The notes under the pieces: model-generated
Told to the model about the DNA's origin: nothing
The model's input: the letters and a program-made list of their open reading frames with translations, nothing else
The model's database searches: none
Shown here: in pieces, positions 1 through 10,961 of the stretch
How the letters are laid out: the number at the start of each line of letters is the position of its first letter
How positions within the stretch are numbered: position 1 is the stretch's first letter
NCBI GenBank assembly: GCA_018712075.1
Contig: DVHN01000002.1
Coordinates: 7,222 to 71,221 of the forward strand
Direction: 5' to 3'
Source: Candidatus Fimimorpha faecalis
Lineage (GTDB): Bacteria; Bacillota; Clostridia; Lachnospirales; Lachnospiraceae
DNA: 64,000 nucleotides
Program-made: the position numbers and the translations under genes

Positions 1-2932
1 TCTTCTTTGTATCTTTCAGTGTTGCAACACCACCAAATTCGGTAATAATTGCAAGTCCCTTTGGTTTACGTGCTTCAAATAATTCTTCGACACGAGGAAG
101 ACCCTGTGTAATATCTCCACCAGCAACACCACCTGTATGGAATGTTCTCATTGTAAGCTGTGTACCAGGTTCACCAATGGATTGTGCCGCAATAATACCA
201 ACTGCTTCACCAACCTGCACCGACTGACCTGTAGCCATATTGGAACCATAACATTTTGCACAAACACCAATATGAGATTTACAGCTTAATACAGTACGAA
301 TCTTAACCGAATTTCTTCCAAGTTTATCTAATACTTTCATAATCGCAGCTGCACGTTTTGGTGTTACCATATGATTTGCTTTGATTACTACTTCCCCAGT
401 ATCTGGATCAGTAATCGTTTCTGCAATAAAACGTCCTGTTAAACGATCCTGTAAACTTTCAATCGTTTCCTGACCATCCATAAAGGCTTTGATTTCCATA
501 TAAGGAATTTCTTTTCCTTCACAACAATCTACTTCACGAATGATAACATCTTGGGAAACATCTACCAAACGTCTTGTCAAATAACCAGAGTCGGCAGTAC
601 GAAGTGCCGTATCGGACAAACCTTTACGAGCACCATGTGCAGAAATAAAATATTCCAATACATCCAGACCTTCACGGAAGTTCGATTTAATTGGAAGTTC
701 GATTGTATGACCAGTTGTATCCGCCATCAGACCACGCATACCTGCTAACTGCTTAATCTGCTTATCGGAACCACGGGCGCCTGAATCCGCCATCATATAA
801 ATATTATTGTATTTATCCAAACCATCCAACAGGGCTTTTGTCAAAATATTATCCGTCTCCTGCCATGTCTGAATTACTTCTTTATAACGTTCTTCTTCTG
901 TAATAAATCCACGCTTAAAGTTTTTCGCAATTAAGTCTACCGTATCCTGTGCCTTTTTAATCAGCTCTGGCTTTTGAGGTGGCACTGTCATATCGGAAAT
1001 TGATACCGTCATTGCTGCACGAGTGGAATATTTATATCCCATTGCCTTTACTGCATCCAATACTTCTGCGGTTGCAGTTGCACCATGTGTATTAATAACT
1101 TTTTCTAAGATTTGCTTTAATTGCTTCTTACCAACTAAGAAATCTACTTCTGGAACTAACTCATTACCAGGAATACTACGATCTACAAATCCAAGATCTT
1201 GTGGAATGATTTCATTAAAGATGAAGCGTCCTAATGTAGATTCCACAATACCAGATAACTTCGTACCATCTGACATTTCTTTCGTTACACGCACTTTAAT
1301 CTTAGAATGTAATGTAATTACTTCATTCTCATATGCTAAAATTGCTTCATTGACATTTCGGAAGAATTTGCCCTCTCCCTTTACTCCAGGCCGTTCCTGT
1401 GTCAAGTAATAAATACCAAGTACCATATCCTGCGAAGGAACTGCTACTGGACCACCATCGGATGGCTTTAACAAGTTGTTTGGAGACAGCAAAAGGAATC
1501 GGCATTCTGCCTGTGCCTCTACGGAAAGTGGTAAATGAACTGCCATCTGGTCACCATCGAAGTCTGCATTAAATGCAGTACATACAAGCGGATGAAGCTT
1601 AATTGCTTTACCTTCTACCAAAATTGGTTCAAATGCCTGAATACCAAGTCGATGCAATGTAGGAGCACGGTTTAACATAACTGGATGTTCTTTGATTACT
1701 TCTTCCAATACATCCCAAACTTCTGTCTGAAGGCGTTCTACCATCTTCTTTGCACTCTTAATATTATGGGCAGTTCCATTTGCAACTAATTCTTTCATAA
1801 CAAATGGCTTGAATAATTCAATTGCCATTTCTTTCGGAAGACCACATTGATAAATCTTCAATTCTGGTCCTACTACGATTACGGAACGGCCAGAGTAGTC
1901 CACACGCTTACCAAGTAAGTTCTGACGGAAACGTCCCTGTTTTCCTTTTAACATATCGGAAAGAGACTTTAACGCACGATTACCAGGACCAGTAACAGGA
2001 CGTCCTCTTCTTCCATTGTCAATTAACGCATCTACTGCTTCTTGAAGCATACGCTTTTCGTTACGTACAATAATGTCTGGTGCGCCCAGTTCTAACAAAC
2101 GAGCCAAACGATTGTTACGGTTAATAATTCTACGATAAAGATCATTTAAATCGGAAGTTGCAAAACGACCTCCATCTAATTGAACCATTGGACGCAAATC
2201 TGGAGGAATGACTGGAATTGCATCCATAATCATCCATTCTGGACGGTTGCCAGAGGCACGAAACGCCTCCACAACCTCTAATCTCTTAATAATACGGGCT
2301 CTCTTTTGACCAGAAGCATCTTTCAATGCCGTTCTAAGCTCTAAAGAATCTTTCTCTAAATCAATCGCTGTCAGCAGTTCCTTGATCGCTTCTGCACCCA
2401 TACCAACACGGAATGCACCTTCACCCCATTCTTCTACTGCATCACGATACTCTTTTTCAGAAAGTACTTGTTTATAAGAAAGATTTGTATTTCCTTCATC
2501 CAATACAATATAAGAAGCAAAATACAATACCTTATCCAGTGTTCTTGGAGATACATCCAGTACAAGTCCCATACGACTAGGGATTCCTTTAAAATACCAA
2601 ATATGAGAAACTGGAGCCGCTAATTCAATATGTCCCATACGTTCTCTACGCACATTGGACTTCGTTACTTCTACGCCGCATCGATCACAGATCACGCCTT
2701 TATAACGGATCTTTTTGTATTTACCGCAATGGCACTCCCAATCTTTCTGCGGCCCAAAAATACGCTCACAGAACAGACCATCTTTTTCTGGTTTTAAGGT
2801 TCTATAATTGATGGTCTCTGGTTTTGTTACTTTTCCTCTAGACCATTCTCTAATCTTTTCCGGTGAAGCCAAACCAATCTTAATTGAATCAAATGTCATT
2901 GGCTGATAGGTTTCATTATTTGTTTCAGGCAT
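1..2932 (-). CDS. rpoC: DNA-directed RNA polymerase beta-prime subunit, partial (C-terminus beyond window edge)
   Basis: The minus-strand frame is open from the ATG at 2932 to the window edge. It is missing from the ORF track because it is truncated. My translation of the 5' end reads [89 protein letters not shown], a canonical beta-prime N-terminus with the zinc-binding Cys cluster. An SD (AAGGGAGAG) lies 5 nt upstream, and the start is 18 nt downstream of the rpoB stop. Confidence 0.95.
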   Translation of the reverse strand, partial: MPETNNETYQPMTFDSIKIGLASPEKIREWSRGKVTKPETINYRTLKPEKDGLFCERIFGPQKDWECHCGKYKKIRYKGVICDRCGVEVTKSNVRRERMGHIELAAPVSHIWYFKGIPSRMGLVLDVSPRTLDKVLYFASYIVLDEGNTNLSYKQVLSEKEYRDAVEEWGEGAFRVGMGAEAIKELLTAIDLEKDSLELRTALKDASGQKRARIIKRLEVVEAFRASGNRPEWMIMDAIPVIPPDLRPMVQLDGGRFATSDLNDLYRRIINRNNRLARLLELGAPDIIVRNEKRMLQEAVDALIDNGRRGRPVTGPGNRALKSLSDMLKGKQGRFRQNLLGKRVDYSGRSVIVVGPELKIYQCGLPKEMAIELFKPFVMKELVANGTAHNIKSAKKMVERLQTEVWDVLEEVIKEHPVMLNRAPTLHRLGIQAFEPILVEGKAIKLHPLVCTAFNADFDGDQMAVHLPLSVEAQAECRFLLLSPNNLLKPSDGGPVAVPSQDMVLGIYYLTQERPGVKGEGKFFRNVNEAILAYENEVITLHSKIKVRVTKEMSDGTKLSGIVESTLGRFIFNEIIPQDLGFVDRSIPGNELVPEVDFLVGKKQLKQILEKVINTHGATATAEVLDAVKAMGYKYSTRAAMTVSISDMTVPPQKPELIKKAQDTVDLIAKNFKRGFITEEERYKEVIQTWQETDNILTKALLDGLDKYNNIYMMADSGARGSDKQIKQLAGMRGLMADTTGHTIELPIKSNFREGLDVLEYFISAHGARKGLSDTALRTADSGYLTRRLVDVSQDVIIREVDCCEGKEIPYMEIKAFMDGQETIESLQDRLTGRFIAETITDPDTGEVVIKANHMVTPKRAAAIMKVLDKLGRNSVKIRTVLSCKSHIGVCAKCYGSNMATGQSVQVGEAVGIIAAQSIGEPGTQLTMRTFHTGGVAGGDITQGLPRVEELFEARKPKGLAIITEFGGVATLKDTKK

Positions 2933-2950
2933 GTGTGGCTCTCCCTTCTA

Positions 2951-5900
2951 TTATTCCTCGGTGTAATCGTCATCTTCCAAATCATCAAAATCGTCATCGA
3001 AATCTAAAATGCTATCATCGTCATCATCTTCGATGTTAACGAATTCACCATCCGATACTTCTTGTTTGGTATAACCATAAGCACCGAATTCATCATCATT
3101 ATAATGGCGGTCATCGCCTTCCATAATGGAGCGGAAATCAGTATTACCATAATCTACATTTTCCATAATCTCAACTTCTGTATTGTCATCACGCAGCACT
3201 CTGACATCCAGTCCAAGTGACTGTAATTCTTTTAACAATACTTTGAACGATTCTGGAATACCTGGTTCTGGAATATTCTCGCCCTTGATAATTGCTTCAT
3301 AAGTCTTTACACGTCCAATTACATCATCTGATTTTACTGTCAGAATTTCCTGTAATGTGTAAGAAGCACCATAAGCCTCAAGAGCCCAAACTTCCATTTC
3401 TCCAAATCTCTGTCCACCAAACTGTGCCTTACCACCAAGTGGCTGCTGTGTTACTAACGAGTAAGGACCAGTGGAGCGGGCATGAATCTTATCATCAACT
3501 AAGTGATGGAGTTTCAAATAATGCATATGTCCAATTGTAACAGGACTGTCAAAATATTCTCCTGTACGTCCATCACGAAGCCTTACCTTACCGTCTCTGG
3601 AAATCGGAACACCCTTCCACAACTCCCTATGTTCCAAATGTTCTCCTAAATATTCCATAACTTCTGGCTTCAATATATCTTTATACTTTTCTTGGAAATC
3701 TTCCCAAGATGTATTTACATAATCATTTGCAAGATCCAAAGTGTCCATAATATCCACTTCGTTTGCACCATCAAACACTGGAGTTGCGATATTAAATCCA
3801 AGTGCTTTTGCAGCTAAACTTAAATGGATTTCCAACACCTGTCCGATATTCATACGAGAAGGCACACCAAGTGGATTTAATACGATATCCAAAGGACGTC
3901 CATTTGGCAAAAATGGCATATCTTCTACTGGAAGTACTCTGGAAACAACACCCTTGTTACCATGACGGCCAGCCATCTTATCCCCAACAGAAATCTTACG
4001 CTTCTGAGCAATATAGATACGTACTGTTTCATTTACACCTGGAGATAACTCATCGCTGTTCGCTCTTGTAAATACTTTCGCATCTACAATAATACCATAG
4101 GCGCCATGTGGCACTTTTAATGAAGTATCACGTACTTCTCTTGCTTTTTCACCAAAGATTGCACGAAGCAAACGTTCTTCCGCTGTCAGCTCTGTTTCTC
4201 CCTTTGGAGTAACTTTACCAACCAAAATATCTCCTGCACGTACTTCTGCACCGACACGGATAATACCTCTCTCATCCAAATCCTTGAGTGCATCATCACC
4301 AACACCAGGAACATCTCTTGTAATTTCTTCTGGTCCAAGCTTTGTATCTCTGGCCTCGGCTTCATACTCTTCAATATGAATGGAAGTATATACATCTTCC
4401 TGAACAAGACGTTCACTTAAAAGTACGGCATCTTCGTAATTATAACCTTCCCAAGTCATAAAACCAATTAATGGATTCTTACCAAGTGCAATTTCTCCCT
4501 GAGACGTGGAAGGACCATCTGCAATTACTTGCCCTGCCTTTACATATTCTCCTTTAAATACGATTGGCTTTTGATTATAACAGTTACTCTGATTGCTTCT
4601 GGCAAACTTTGTCAGGCGATATACGTCTTTCGTTCCATCCTCACATTTAATAATAATTTCTTTAGAAGCAGAACGTTCTACAATACCGTCATGTTTTGCC
4701 ACAACACATACACCTGAATCAACTGCTGTTTTATCTTCCATACCTGTTCCAACAACTGGAGCTTCTGTCAGCATAAGCGGTACTGCCTGACGCTGCATGT
4801 TGGAACCCATAAGTGCACGGTTCGCATCGTCATTTTCAAGGAAAGGAATCATAGAGGTCGCTACTGAGAATACCATCTTTGGAGAAACATCCATATAATC
4901 AATCTGTTTCTTTTCAAACTCAGAAGTTTCTTCACGGAAACGACCTGATACATTGTTATGAATAAAATGACCTTCTTCATCCAAAGGCTCATTCGCCTGT
5001 GCTACTACGTAATCATCTTCCTCATCTGCTGTCATATATACAACTTCGTCGGTTACAACTGGATTCTTTGGATCCGTTTTGTCTACTTTACGATATGGAG
5101 CCTCTACAAATCCATATGGATTTACCCTTGCATAAGTAGCCAAAGAGTTAATCAAACCGATGTTTGGACCTTCTGGTGTCTCAATTGGACACATTCTTCC
5201 ATAATGGGAATAGTGAACATCTCGAACCTCAAATCCTGCGCGATCTCTGGAAAGACCACCAGGTCCCAATGCAGAAAGACGTCTCTTATGTGTCAGTTCG
5301 GATAATGGATTGTTTTGATCCATAAACTGTGACAGCTGAGAACTTCCAAAGAATTCTTTTACAGCTGCTGTTACAGGCTTAATATTAATCAAAGACTGTG
5401 GAGTGATTCCGTCTACATCTTGTGTTGTCATACGTTCTCTTACAACACGTTCCATTCTGGAAAGACCAATACGGTATTGGTTCTGAAGCAATTCACCAAC
5501 CGCACGAATACGACGATTTCCTAAATGGTCAATATCATCGTTTGTACCAACTCCATACTCCAAATGAAGGCAATAGTTGATCGATGCAATAATATCTTCT
5601 TTTGTAATATGTTTTGGAACTAACTCTGCCATATTTTTATGAATGGCTGCTTTTATCTCTTCTTCCGTTTCATTCTCTTCTAAAATCTGTTTTAATAACG
5701 GATAAAATACTAATTCATGGATACCCGCTTCCTCTGGATTAAAATCCAAATACTCGGCAGCATCCACCATCATATTTGAAATCACTTTTACAACATGTTC
5801 TTCTGTCTGAATCATAACATATGGAACTGCTGCGTTTTGAATCACTGTGGCAGATTCACGGTTTAACAACGTACCTGCTTCTGCAATGATTTCTCCTGTC

Positions 5901-6805
5901 TCTGTATCTACTACATCCTCTGCCAAAATATGACCATTTAAGCGATTTCTAAAATGAAGTTTTTTATTAAATTTATAACGTCCTACCTTCGCCAAATCAT
6001 AACGTCTTGGGTCAAAAAACATACTGTTCAGCAAGCTTGCTGCACTATCTACAGATAATGGCTCACCTGGACGAATCTTTTTATATAATTCCAACAAACC
6101 ATCTTGGTAATTGTCGGACGTATCTTTTTGAATACTTGCCAGAATCTTCGGCTCTTCTCCAAATAAATCAATAATCTCCTGATTGGTTCCCCATCCAAGA
6201 GCACGGATCAGTACGGTAACTGGTACTTTACGAGTACGGTCCACACGTACGAAGAAAATATCATTTGAATCCGTATCATATTCCAACCATGCACCACGGT
6301 TTGGAATTACTTGTGAGGAAAACAGTTTCTTACCAACCTTATCATGAGCAATTGTATAATAGATGCCAGGGGAACGAACCAGCTGGCTTACAATAACTCG
6401 CTCTGCACCATTGATAACAAAAGAACCTGTATCAGTCATTAATGGAAGATCACCCATAAAAATTTCATGATCTTTAATTTCGTCTTTTTCTTTATTATAA
6501 AGCTTCACTTTAACCTTCAGCGGTGCAGCATAGGTTGCATCTCTTTCTTTGCACTCTTCAATTGTATACTTGATTTCATCAGTACAAAGTCGGAAGCCAC
6601 CAAATTCCAAACTTAAATGTCCACTATAATCAGCGATTGGAGAAATATCTTCAAATACTTCTTTTAATCCCTCATCGAGGAACCACTGATAGGAATCTTT
6701 CTGGATTGCAATCAGGTTTGGCATTTCCAATACTTCTTTTTGTCTGGCATAACTCATACGAATGCTTTTTCCTGATTTCACTGGTCGGATTCTGCTTTTT
6801 TCCAT
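2951..6805 (-). CDS. rpoB: DNA-directed RNA polymerase beta subunit (1284 aa) with a highly acidic C-terminal tail
   Basis: Full-length ORF with conserved beta-subunit blocks ([62 protein letters not shown]). ATG at 6805 with SD AGGGGTGA. It sits immediately upstream of rpoC. Confidence 0.98.
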   Translation of the reverse strand: MEKSRIRPVKSGKSIRMSYARQKEVLEMPNLIAIQKDSYQWFLDEGLKEVFEDISPIADYSGHLSLEFGGFRLCTDEIKYTIEECKERDATYAAPLKVKVKLYNKEKDEIKDHEIFMGDLPLMTDTGSFVINGAERVIVSQLVRSPGIYYTIAHDKVGKKLFSSQVIPNRGAWLEYDTDSNDIFFVRVDRTRKVPVTVLIRALGWGTNQEIIDLFGEEPKILASIQKDTSDNYQDGLLELYKKIRPGEPLSVDSAASLLNSMFFDPRRYDLAKVGRYKFNKKLHFRNRLNGHILAEDVVDTETGEIIAEAGTLLNRESATVIQNAAVPYVMIQTEEHVVKVISNMMVDAAEYLDFNPEEAGIHELVFYPLLKQILEENETEEEIKAAIHKNMAELVPKHITKEDIIASINYCLHLEYGVGTNDDIDHLGNRRIRAVGELLQNQYRIGLSRMERVVRERMTTQDVDGITPQSLINIKPVTAAVKEFFGSSQLSQFMDQNNPLSELTHKRRLSALGPGGLSRDRAGFEVRDVHYSHYGRMCPIETPEGPNIGLINSLATYARVNPYGFVEAPYRKVDKTDPKNPVVTDEVVYMTADEEDDYVVAQANEPLDEEGHFIHNNVSGRFREETSEFEKKQIDYMDVSPKMVFSVATSMIPFLENDDANRALMGSNMQRQAVPLMLTEAPVVGTGMEDKTAVDSGVCVVAKHDGIVERSASKEIIIKCEDGTKDVYRLTKFARSNQSNCYNQKPIVFKGEYVKAGQVIADGPSTSQGEIALGKNPLIGFMTWEGYNYEDAVLLSERLVQEDVYTSIHIEEYEAEARDTKLGPEEITRDVPGVGDDALKDLDERGIIRVGAEVRAGDILVGKVTPKGETELTAEERLLRAIFGEKAREVRDTSLKVPHGAYGIIVDAKVFTRANSDELSPGVNETVRIYIAQKRKISVGDKMAGRHGNKGVVSRVLPVEDMPFLPNGRPLDIVLNPLGVPSRMNIGQVLEIHLSLAAKALGFNIATPVFDGANEVDIMDTLDLANDYVNTSWEDFQEKYKDILKPEVMEYLGEHLEHRELWKGVPISRDGKVRLRDGRTGEYFDSPVTIGHMHYLKLHHLVDDKIHARSTGPYSLVTQQPLGGKAQFGGQRFGEMEVWALEAYGASYTLQEILTVKSDDVIGRVKTYEAIIKGENIPEPGIPESFKVLLKELQSLGLDVRVLRDDNTEVEIMENVDYGNTDFRSIMEGDDRHYNDDEFGAYGYTKQEVSDGEFVNIEDDDDDSILDFDDDFDDLEDDDYTEE

Positions 6806-6920
6806 TGACGTTTCACCCCTGTTTTTCTATAAAATTGAACGGCATACTTTGCCGTACCATAATCACGTGTTATAGCAAATTATATGCAAAAGCATAATCA
6901 GCCATAATAGTGCATCTACC

Positions 6921-6949
6921 ATAGTAACATATTCAAAATTTACTGTCAA
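6921..6949 (-). promoter_or_regulatory. Sigma-A type promoter for rpoBC (-35 TTGACA, 17-nt spacer, -10 TACTAT)
   Basis: On the minus strand, TTGACA lies at 6949..6944 and TACTAT at 6926..6921, with an exact 17-nt spacer. The -10 element lies about 115 nt upstream of the rpoB ATG. Confidence 0.6.
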
Positions 6950-6978
6950 CCTTTTTTTGAACTTTTTACCAGTATCCA

Positions 6979-8811
6979 TTATTTTTGATACACAATCATC
7001 TGCACTTGAGAATCATTTTTTTCTCCCTCAATTACGCTCTTTTCTTTATCGTGTTCAATTGGCGTTACCGTATTTAAATAAAGTGCTAATTTTGATTCGG
7101 TTTCCCGTGGTTCTATTTTAAATACCACTTCGTATACCTCATCCTTTTCTGTTGGAATTTCTCCAGTAAATAGCTGGATTAACTTACCATCCCACCAACC
7201 AGAAGCATTAAACGACTCAGTATATAGTTCTTTCCCCGTACTCTGCTCTCGCAATGTAACAACTAAATCTACATTATTTGCACGACCATTTGTCATAACA
7301 GGAAACTGAATTTGATCTAATATGCTTCCCTGACTAATAAATGGCTGAACAACTGAATCCTCCTGTTCGGAGAGAATTACCCCACTCGTCCCAGATTTCA
7401 CTTCATAAGTTGGCTGCGTTCCAACTTGGGATGCATAGAGGCAGAGAAAAGCTGGAACCACAAACATAGCCACACCCACCACAAAACGGGTACGAATCCA
7501 TCCCATACAATTCTCCTGTAAAGCAAATGACTCTGCACAGTACTTTGGATGCTTAAACAATGCATAGACAAGCATAATCATAGAAATCATAGAAAGGCAG
7601 ATCATTGGATCTAATTTGCCAATTAGATTTCCCATTGTCAGCTTTGTTCCAATCTCTCCATTCACCATTCCAGCGAAGATTCCATGATTGAACATTGCCT
7701 GATCCACATTGTTTGGTATCATCATAACATTAAAGATAGTAAAGAACATCATAAATAGAATATCAATAATCATAAAGATCTTCGTATCTCTATGAATAAA
7801 TGCACTGATTACCCAGAATGGAACTGCCATCAACAGCCATTGCGGATGCCATTTTGCAAGGCCAAATAATACAAATGACACTAAACAACATAAATATAAC
7901 ATCCATTTTATAAGTTCTTTCTTTTCTTTCACTCTTGTAAAATAAGCTAATGCACAAATAATTCCAAATCCCATAATTACAAGACTCACCGAAAACTGTA
8001 CTGTTCCTAGTTGGAATCCCGTAAATAACGTAGCATTAAAAATATAGCCCGTTGGGTTATCTCCGCTGCTTCCAATTCCAAACGCATAATTGGAAAACGC
8101 TTTGCTTCCTATATATAGTAGAAATTCAATTCCATATGGCACTGCGGCCGCAACACAGCTAAGTATAATTTTCCATACATTTTTCGTTTTTAGTAAAAGC
8201 AATGGTAAAAATATTAACAACGCCGAATATTTAAACGTAATTGCAATTGCAAACCAGAAAATAAAATAAAAATCTTTATTTTTTAGATAGAAGTAAACTC
8301 CAAGCAATATGCAAAGCACCATAAAAATATCATATTGTCCAAAAATAAATTGAGCATAAAATCCAATCGGCATAGTTAAACTTGCATAAGTACAAAGTTT
8401 CGATTTTTTTCTTCCCATTCCAATTTCCATACAAATCCCATAAATTACAAATCCAGAGATCATATATAAAATACATGGAAGCAACTTCGCCCACATAATG
8501 GCAATCAATGGAAGATTTTCCGTTGGAACTGTTACAATGCCTAGAATACGTATTGGAATATTCCAGATTGCAAATAATAAATACATACTTGGCATATAAC
8601 TCGGATGAATTTCAAATTCTCCACAATAATCATAAAAATCTAAAATATGTCCATTCAAATATCCATATGAACATCCAGCCGTATGTAATAGATCATTTTG
8701 TTGGAATGATAAAAAACAGATGCCTGCCAATATTAAAAAAATCAAATAATCCCAAAAACAGAGTTCTTTCCAAGTTTTGAAAAATCCCACTGTCTTTTTC
8801 TTTTCTCTCAT
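6979..8811 (-). CDS. Polytopic membrane protein, tentatively a GT-C-fold glycosyltransferase (ArnT/PMT/YfhO-like) with a C-terminal extracytoplasmic domain of about 140 aa
   Basis: 610 aa with about 13 hydrophobic segments. The first loop after TM1 contains an acidic DFYDY motif, and the soluble beta-rich C-terminal tail begins after residue ~470. ATG with SD GGAGGA. It is the last gene of the glycan operon. The family call is by architecture only. Confidence 0.55.
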   Translation of the reverse strand: MREKKKTVGFFKTWKELCFWDYLIFLILAGICFLSFQQNDLLHTAGCSYGYLNGHILDFYDYCGEFEIHPSYMPSMYLLFAIWNIPIRILGIVTVPTENLPLIAIMWAKLLPCILYMISGFVIYGICMEIGMGRKKSKLCTYASLTMPIGFYAQFIFGQYDIFMVLCILLGVYFYLKNKDFYFIFWFAIAITFKYSALLIFLPLLLLKTKNVWKIILSCVAAAVPYGIEFLLYIGSKAFSNYAFGIGSSGDNPTGYIFNATLFTGFQLGTVQFSVSLVIMGFGIICALAYFTRVKEKKELIKWMLYLCCLVSFVLFGLAKWHPQWLLMAVPFWVISAFIHRDTKIFMIIDILFMMFFTIFNVMMIPNNVDQAMFNHGIFAGMVNGEIGTKLTMGNLIGKLDPMICLSMISMIMLVYALFKHPKYCAESFALQENCMGWIRTRFVVGVAMFVVPAFLCLYASQVGTQPTYEVKSGTSGVILSEQEDSVVQPFISQGSILDQIQFPVMTNGRANNVDLVVTLREQSTGKELYTESFNASGWWDGKLIQLFTGEIPTEKDEVYEVVFKIEPRETESKLALYLNTVTPIEHDKEKSVIEGEKNDSQVQMIVYQK

Positions 8812-8842
8812 AGGTTTCCTCCATTATCATATTGTATTTAAA

Positions 8843-10060
8843 TTAATCCATTGTTTCTTTTTTCAATGCATAAAATCCCAATCCAGTTATAATGGCAAAT
8901 TTTAGAATATTAATAAGCAAAAGTCCAATTGCCATTCCCCAAAGTCCCCACACAAGCATAAATGGTACAATAATCGCAACAAACAATACGGTATAAATGG
9001 TCCCTATATAAATCTGATATTTTTCTGTTGCAAATCGCAGCACAACAACCATCATTGTGTTAGAAAGAAAGAAAAACACCTGTCCCGCATTGGCAATCCA
9101 AAATAACTTGCTTGCTGCTTCCACCACTTGTGAATTATAGAGAAATGGAATAATAATATAAGATCCTAATACACTTCCACATGTAAAGACAATTGCACAT
9201 GCCAGCAAAATTACCATTACTCCAGCAAACATTTTTCTTGTGATTTTTCCTTTATATCGAGACAAATGACCAATGATTACGCCATTCAGCGGAGTAGACA
9301 ATAGAGAAACCATCTTTCCCAAAAGTGTAGCCACATAAAATATTGTCGATGCTTCGTCTCCATTGACGATAAATAACGGAATCATTACACGATCTGCATA
9401 CGAAACAAAATCCGACATCAAATAGGCAGATGACAGATTCCACATTACTTTTGTGTTTTCCACAAAATGAGAAGAACGCTTAAAAAAGGGAGGATTAAAA
9501 ATAGTACCAACTACAGCAACATAAATCAAGCCAAAACATTCTCCGATAATAAAAATCATTGCCCAAGAGGATGTCCATCGATACACCAATACTCCTACTA
9601 CGTATCCAATTGTAACTAAAATATAGTACCAGAAAAACCGTTTATAGTTTAAATCCAATCGAAATTGTACATCGGCATAATAACGCAAGACCGTCACAAT
9701 AATTAAAATTGCAATGGTTACAACGGATGCTCCTGCACTATTTCTTTTAATTGTTGCTGCAATAATTGTCACAATAACTGCAATTCCTGCAACGGCAAGC
9801 AAAAACCAATTATAATCTCCATTTTGAGAATGCCTTATGGTAGAAATTTTCATACGGGCATAATTTGCTCCTGAACCAAATGCAGAAGCCATCAATCCCA
9901 TAATCGCCGTAAAAAATAAAACTTGTCCATTGGCTTCGTTTCCAAGTGTTCGATTAATAAACGGATAAACCAAAAAAGTAATTACGCCATTCAATGCTAC
10001 TAATGCAGCCGTACCATACAAAAAATCCAGTGCAAATCGTTTTATAGAGTCAAATTTCAT
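8843..10060 (-). CDS. Wzx-like (MOP/PST superfamily) polysaccharide or lipid-linked sugar flippase
   Basis: 405 aa with about 12 TM segments. The N-terminus (LNGVITFLVYPFINRTLGNEANGQV) is typical of PST-family polysaccharide biosynthesis proteins. SD GGAGGA. Located within the glycan operon. Confidence 0.65.
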   Translation of the reverse strand: MKFDSIKRFALDFLYGTAALVALNGVITFLVYPFINRTLGNEANGQVLFFTAIMGLMASAFGSGANYARMKISTIRHSQNGDYNWFLLAVAGIAVIVTIIAATIKRNSAGASVVTIAILIIVTVLRYYADVQFRLDLNYKRFFWYYILVTIGYVVGVLVYRWTSSWAMIFIIGECFGLIYVAVVGTIFNPPFFKRSSHFVENTKVMWNLSSAYLMSDFVSYADRVMIPLFIVNGDEASTIFYVATLLGKMVSLLSTPLNGVIIGHLSRYKGKITRKMFAGVMVILLACAIVFTCGSVLGSYIIIPFLYNSQVVEAASKLFWIANAGQVFFFLSNTMMVVVLRFATEKYQIYIGTIYTVLFVAIIVPFMLVWGLWGMAIGLLLINILKFAIITGLGFYALKKETMD

Positions 10061-10091
10061 GTTTTCCTCCTAATATCATATCTGCCACATC

Positions 10092-10961
10092 CTACTTTTT
10101 TTCTTGATACCATATTTTTACATAATCTGGATTACAATGTGTATTTACTCTTTTTTCCTCTGGAGGAAGCTGCATATAATCACCATAAATCGTCTTCAAT
10201 GCTCGATGCCATCCCTTTGGAGCAGGAAGTTCTACTCCATTCAATGTAACAGGAACTGTTTCTGCAAACCATCTTTTATCATAGATAAGCGCCACATCCT
10301 GAATCAAAAAATTCCCATAGAAACAGCGGTGCTTCTTTTTATTTTTTCCAGTTCCCATACGAGATGCCTTATCATACCATTGTATAATTTTTTCTGATGG
10401 AATATGTTTTCCAATCCCAGACAGAATTTTAACTACAAATCTAGATAGTCCGTTATAGTCATTCATATCCAATTGATAACGATGTCCCATTCCCAATCCA
10501 TAACAGACCAAAATTAATGCTCTGGAAAGCAAATGCATCCAGTTACAGTCGTTCACATCATCAATAATAAAAATATCTACCGATACATGATTATTCATTC
10601 CATTGCCATAAAACTTCTGTTCTTCATCTTCTGGCTGAATCTGAGAATCCAATAAAATAATTCGAGGCACAAAATCAAAAATTGCATTATTCCCCAGATC
10701 TTTTGGCTCCACATAAGCAAATCCAGGTGCTAATTCTTCTCTTACTACTTTTCTAAATTTTTCGAATTCACTGCGGAGCATTGCTGTGTCTGCATCATCA
10801 TCCCATGGGATTGCGGCCTTATGACGAATCGCTCCTAAAAGCGTTCCGCTTTCAATATAAAACATAATATGATGTTTTTTACAAATTCGCTCCATCTCTT
10901 TCATAATAATAATATGTGCGGCGTGAACCTGATCAATCGCCTTTTGCACTTCCTCTGTCAT
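10092..10961 (-). CDS. LicD-family phosphotransferase
   Basis: 289 aa containing the LicD signature block GTLLGAIRHKAAIPWDDDADTAM. The ATG at 10961 overlaps the GT2 stop by 29 nt, suggesting translational coupling. Confidence 0.85.
   Translation of the reverse strand: MTEEVQKAIDQVHAAHIIIMKEMERICKKHHIMFYIESGTLLGAIRHKAAIPWDDDADTAMLRSEFEKFRKVVREELAPGFAYVEPKDLGNNAIFDFVPRIILLDSQIQPEDEEQKFYGNGMNNHVSVDIFIIDDVNDCNWMHLLSRALILVCYGLGMGHRYQLDMNDYNGLSRFVVKILSGIGKHIPSEKIIQWYDKASRMGTGKNKKKHRCFYGNFLIQDVALIYDKRWFAETVPVTLNGVELPAPKGWHRALKTIYGDYMQLPPEEKRVNTHCNPDYVKIWYQEKK

Noticed and set aside
551-1409. Plus-strand ORFs of 65 aa and 128 aa from the six-frame track
   Set aside because: They lie entirely antisense to the rpoC reading frame, have low-complexity or odd composition and no SD. 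They are shadow ORFs of a highly conserved gene.
3292-6897. Multiple 60-115-aa ORFs on both strands inside rpoB
   Set aside because: All overlap the 1284-aa rpoB frame, none has a recognisable motif or RBS, and they fit the usual pattern of alternative-frame noise.
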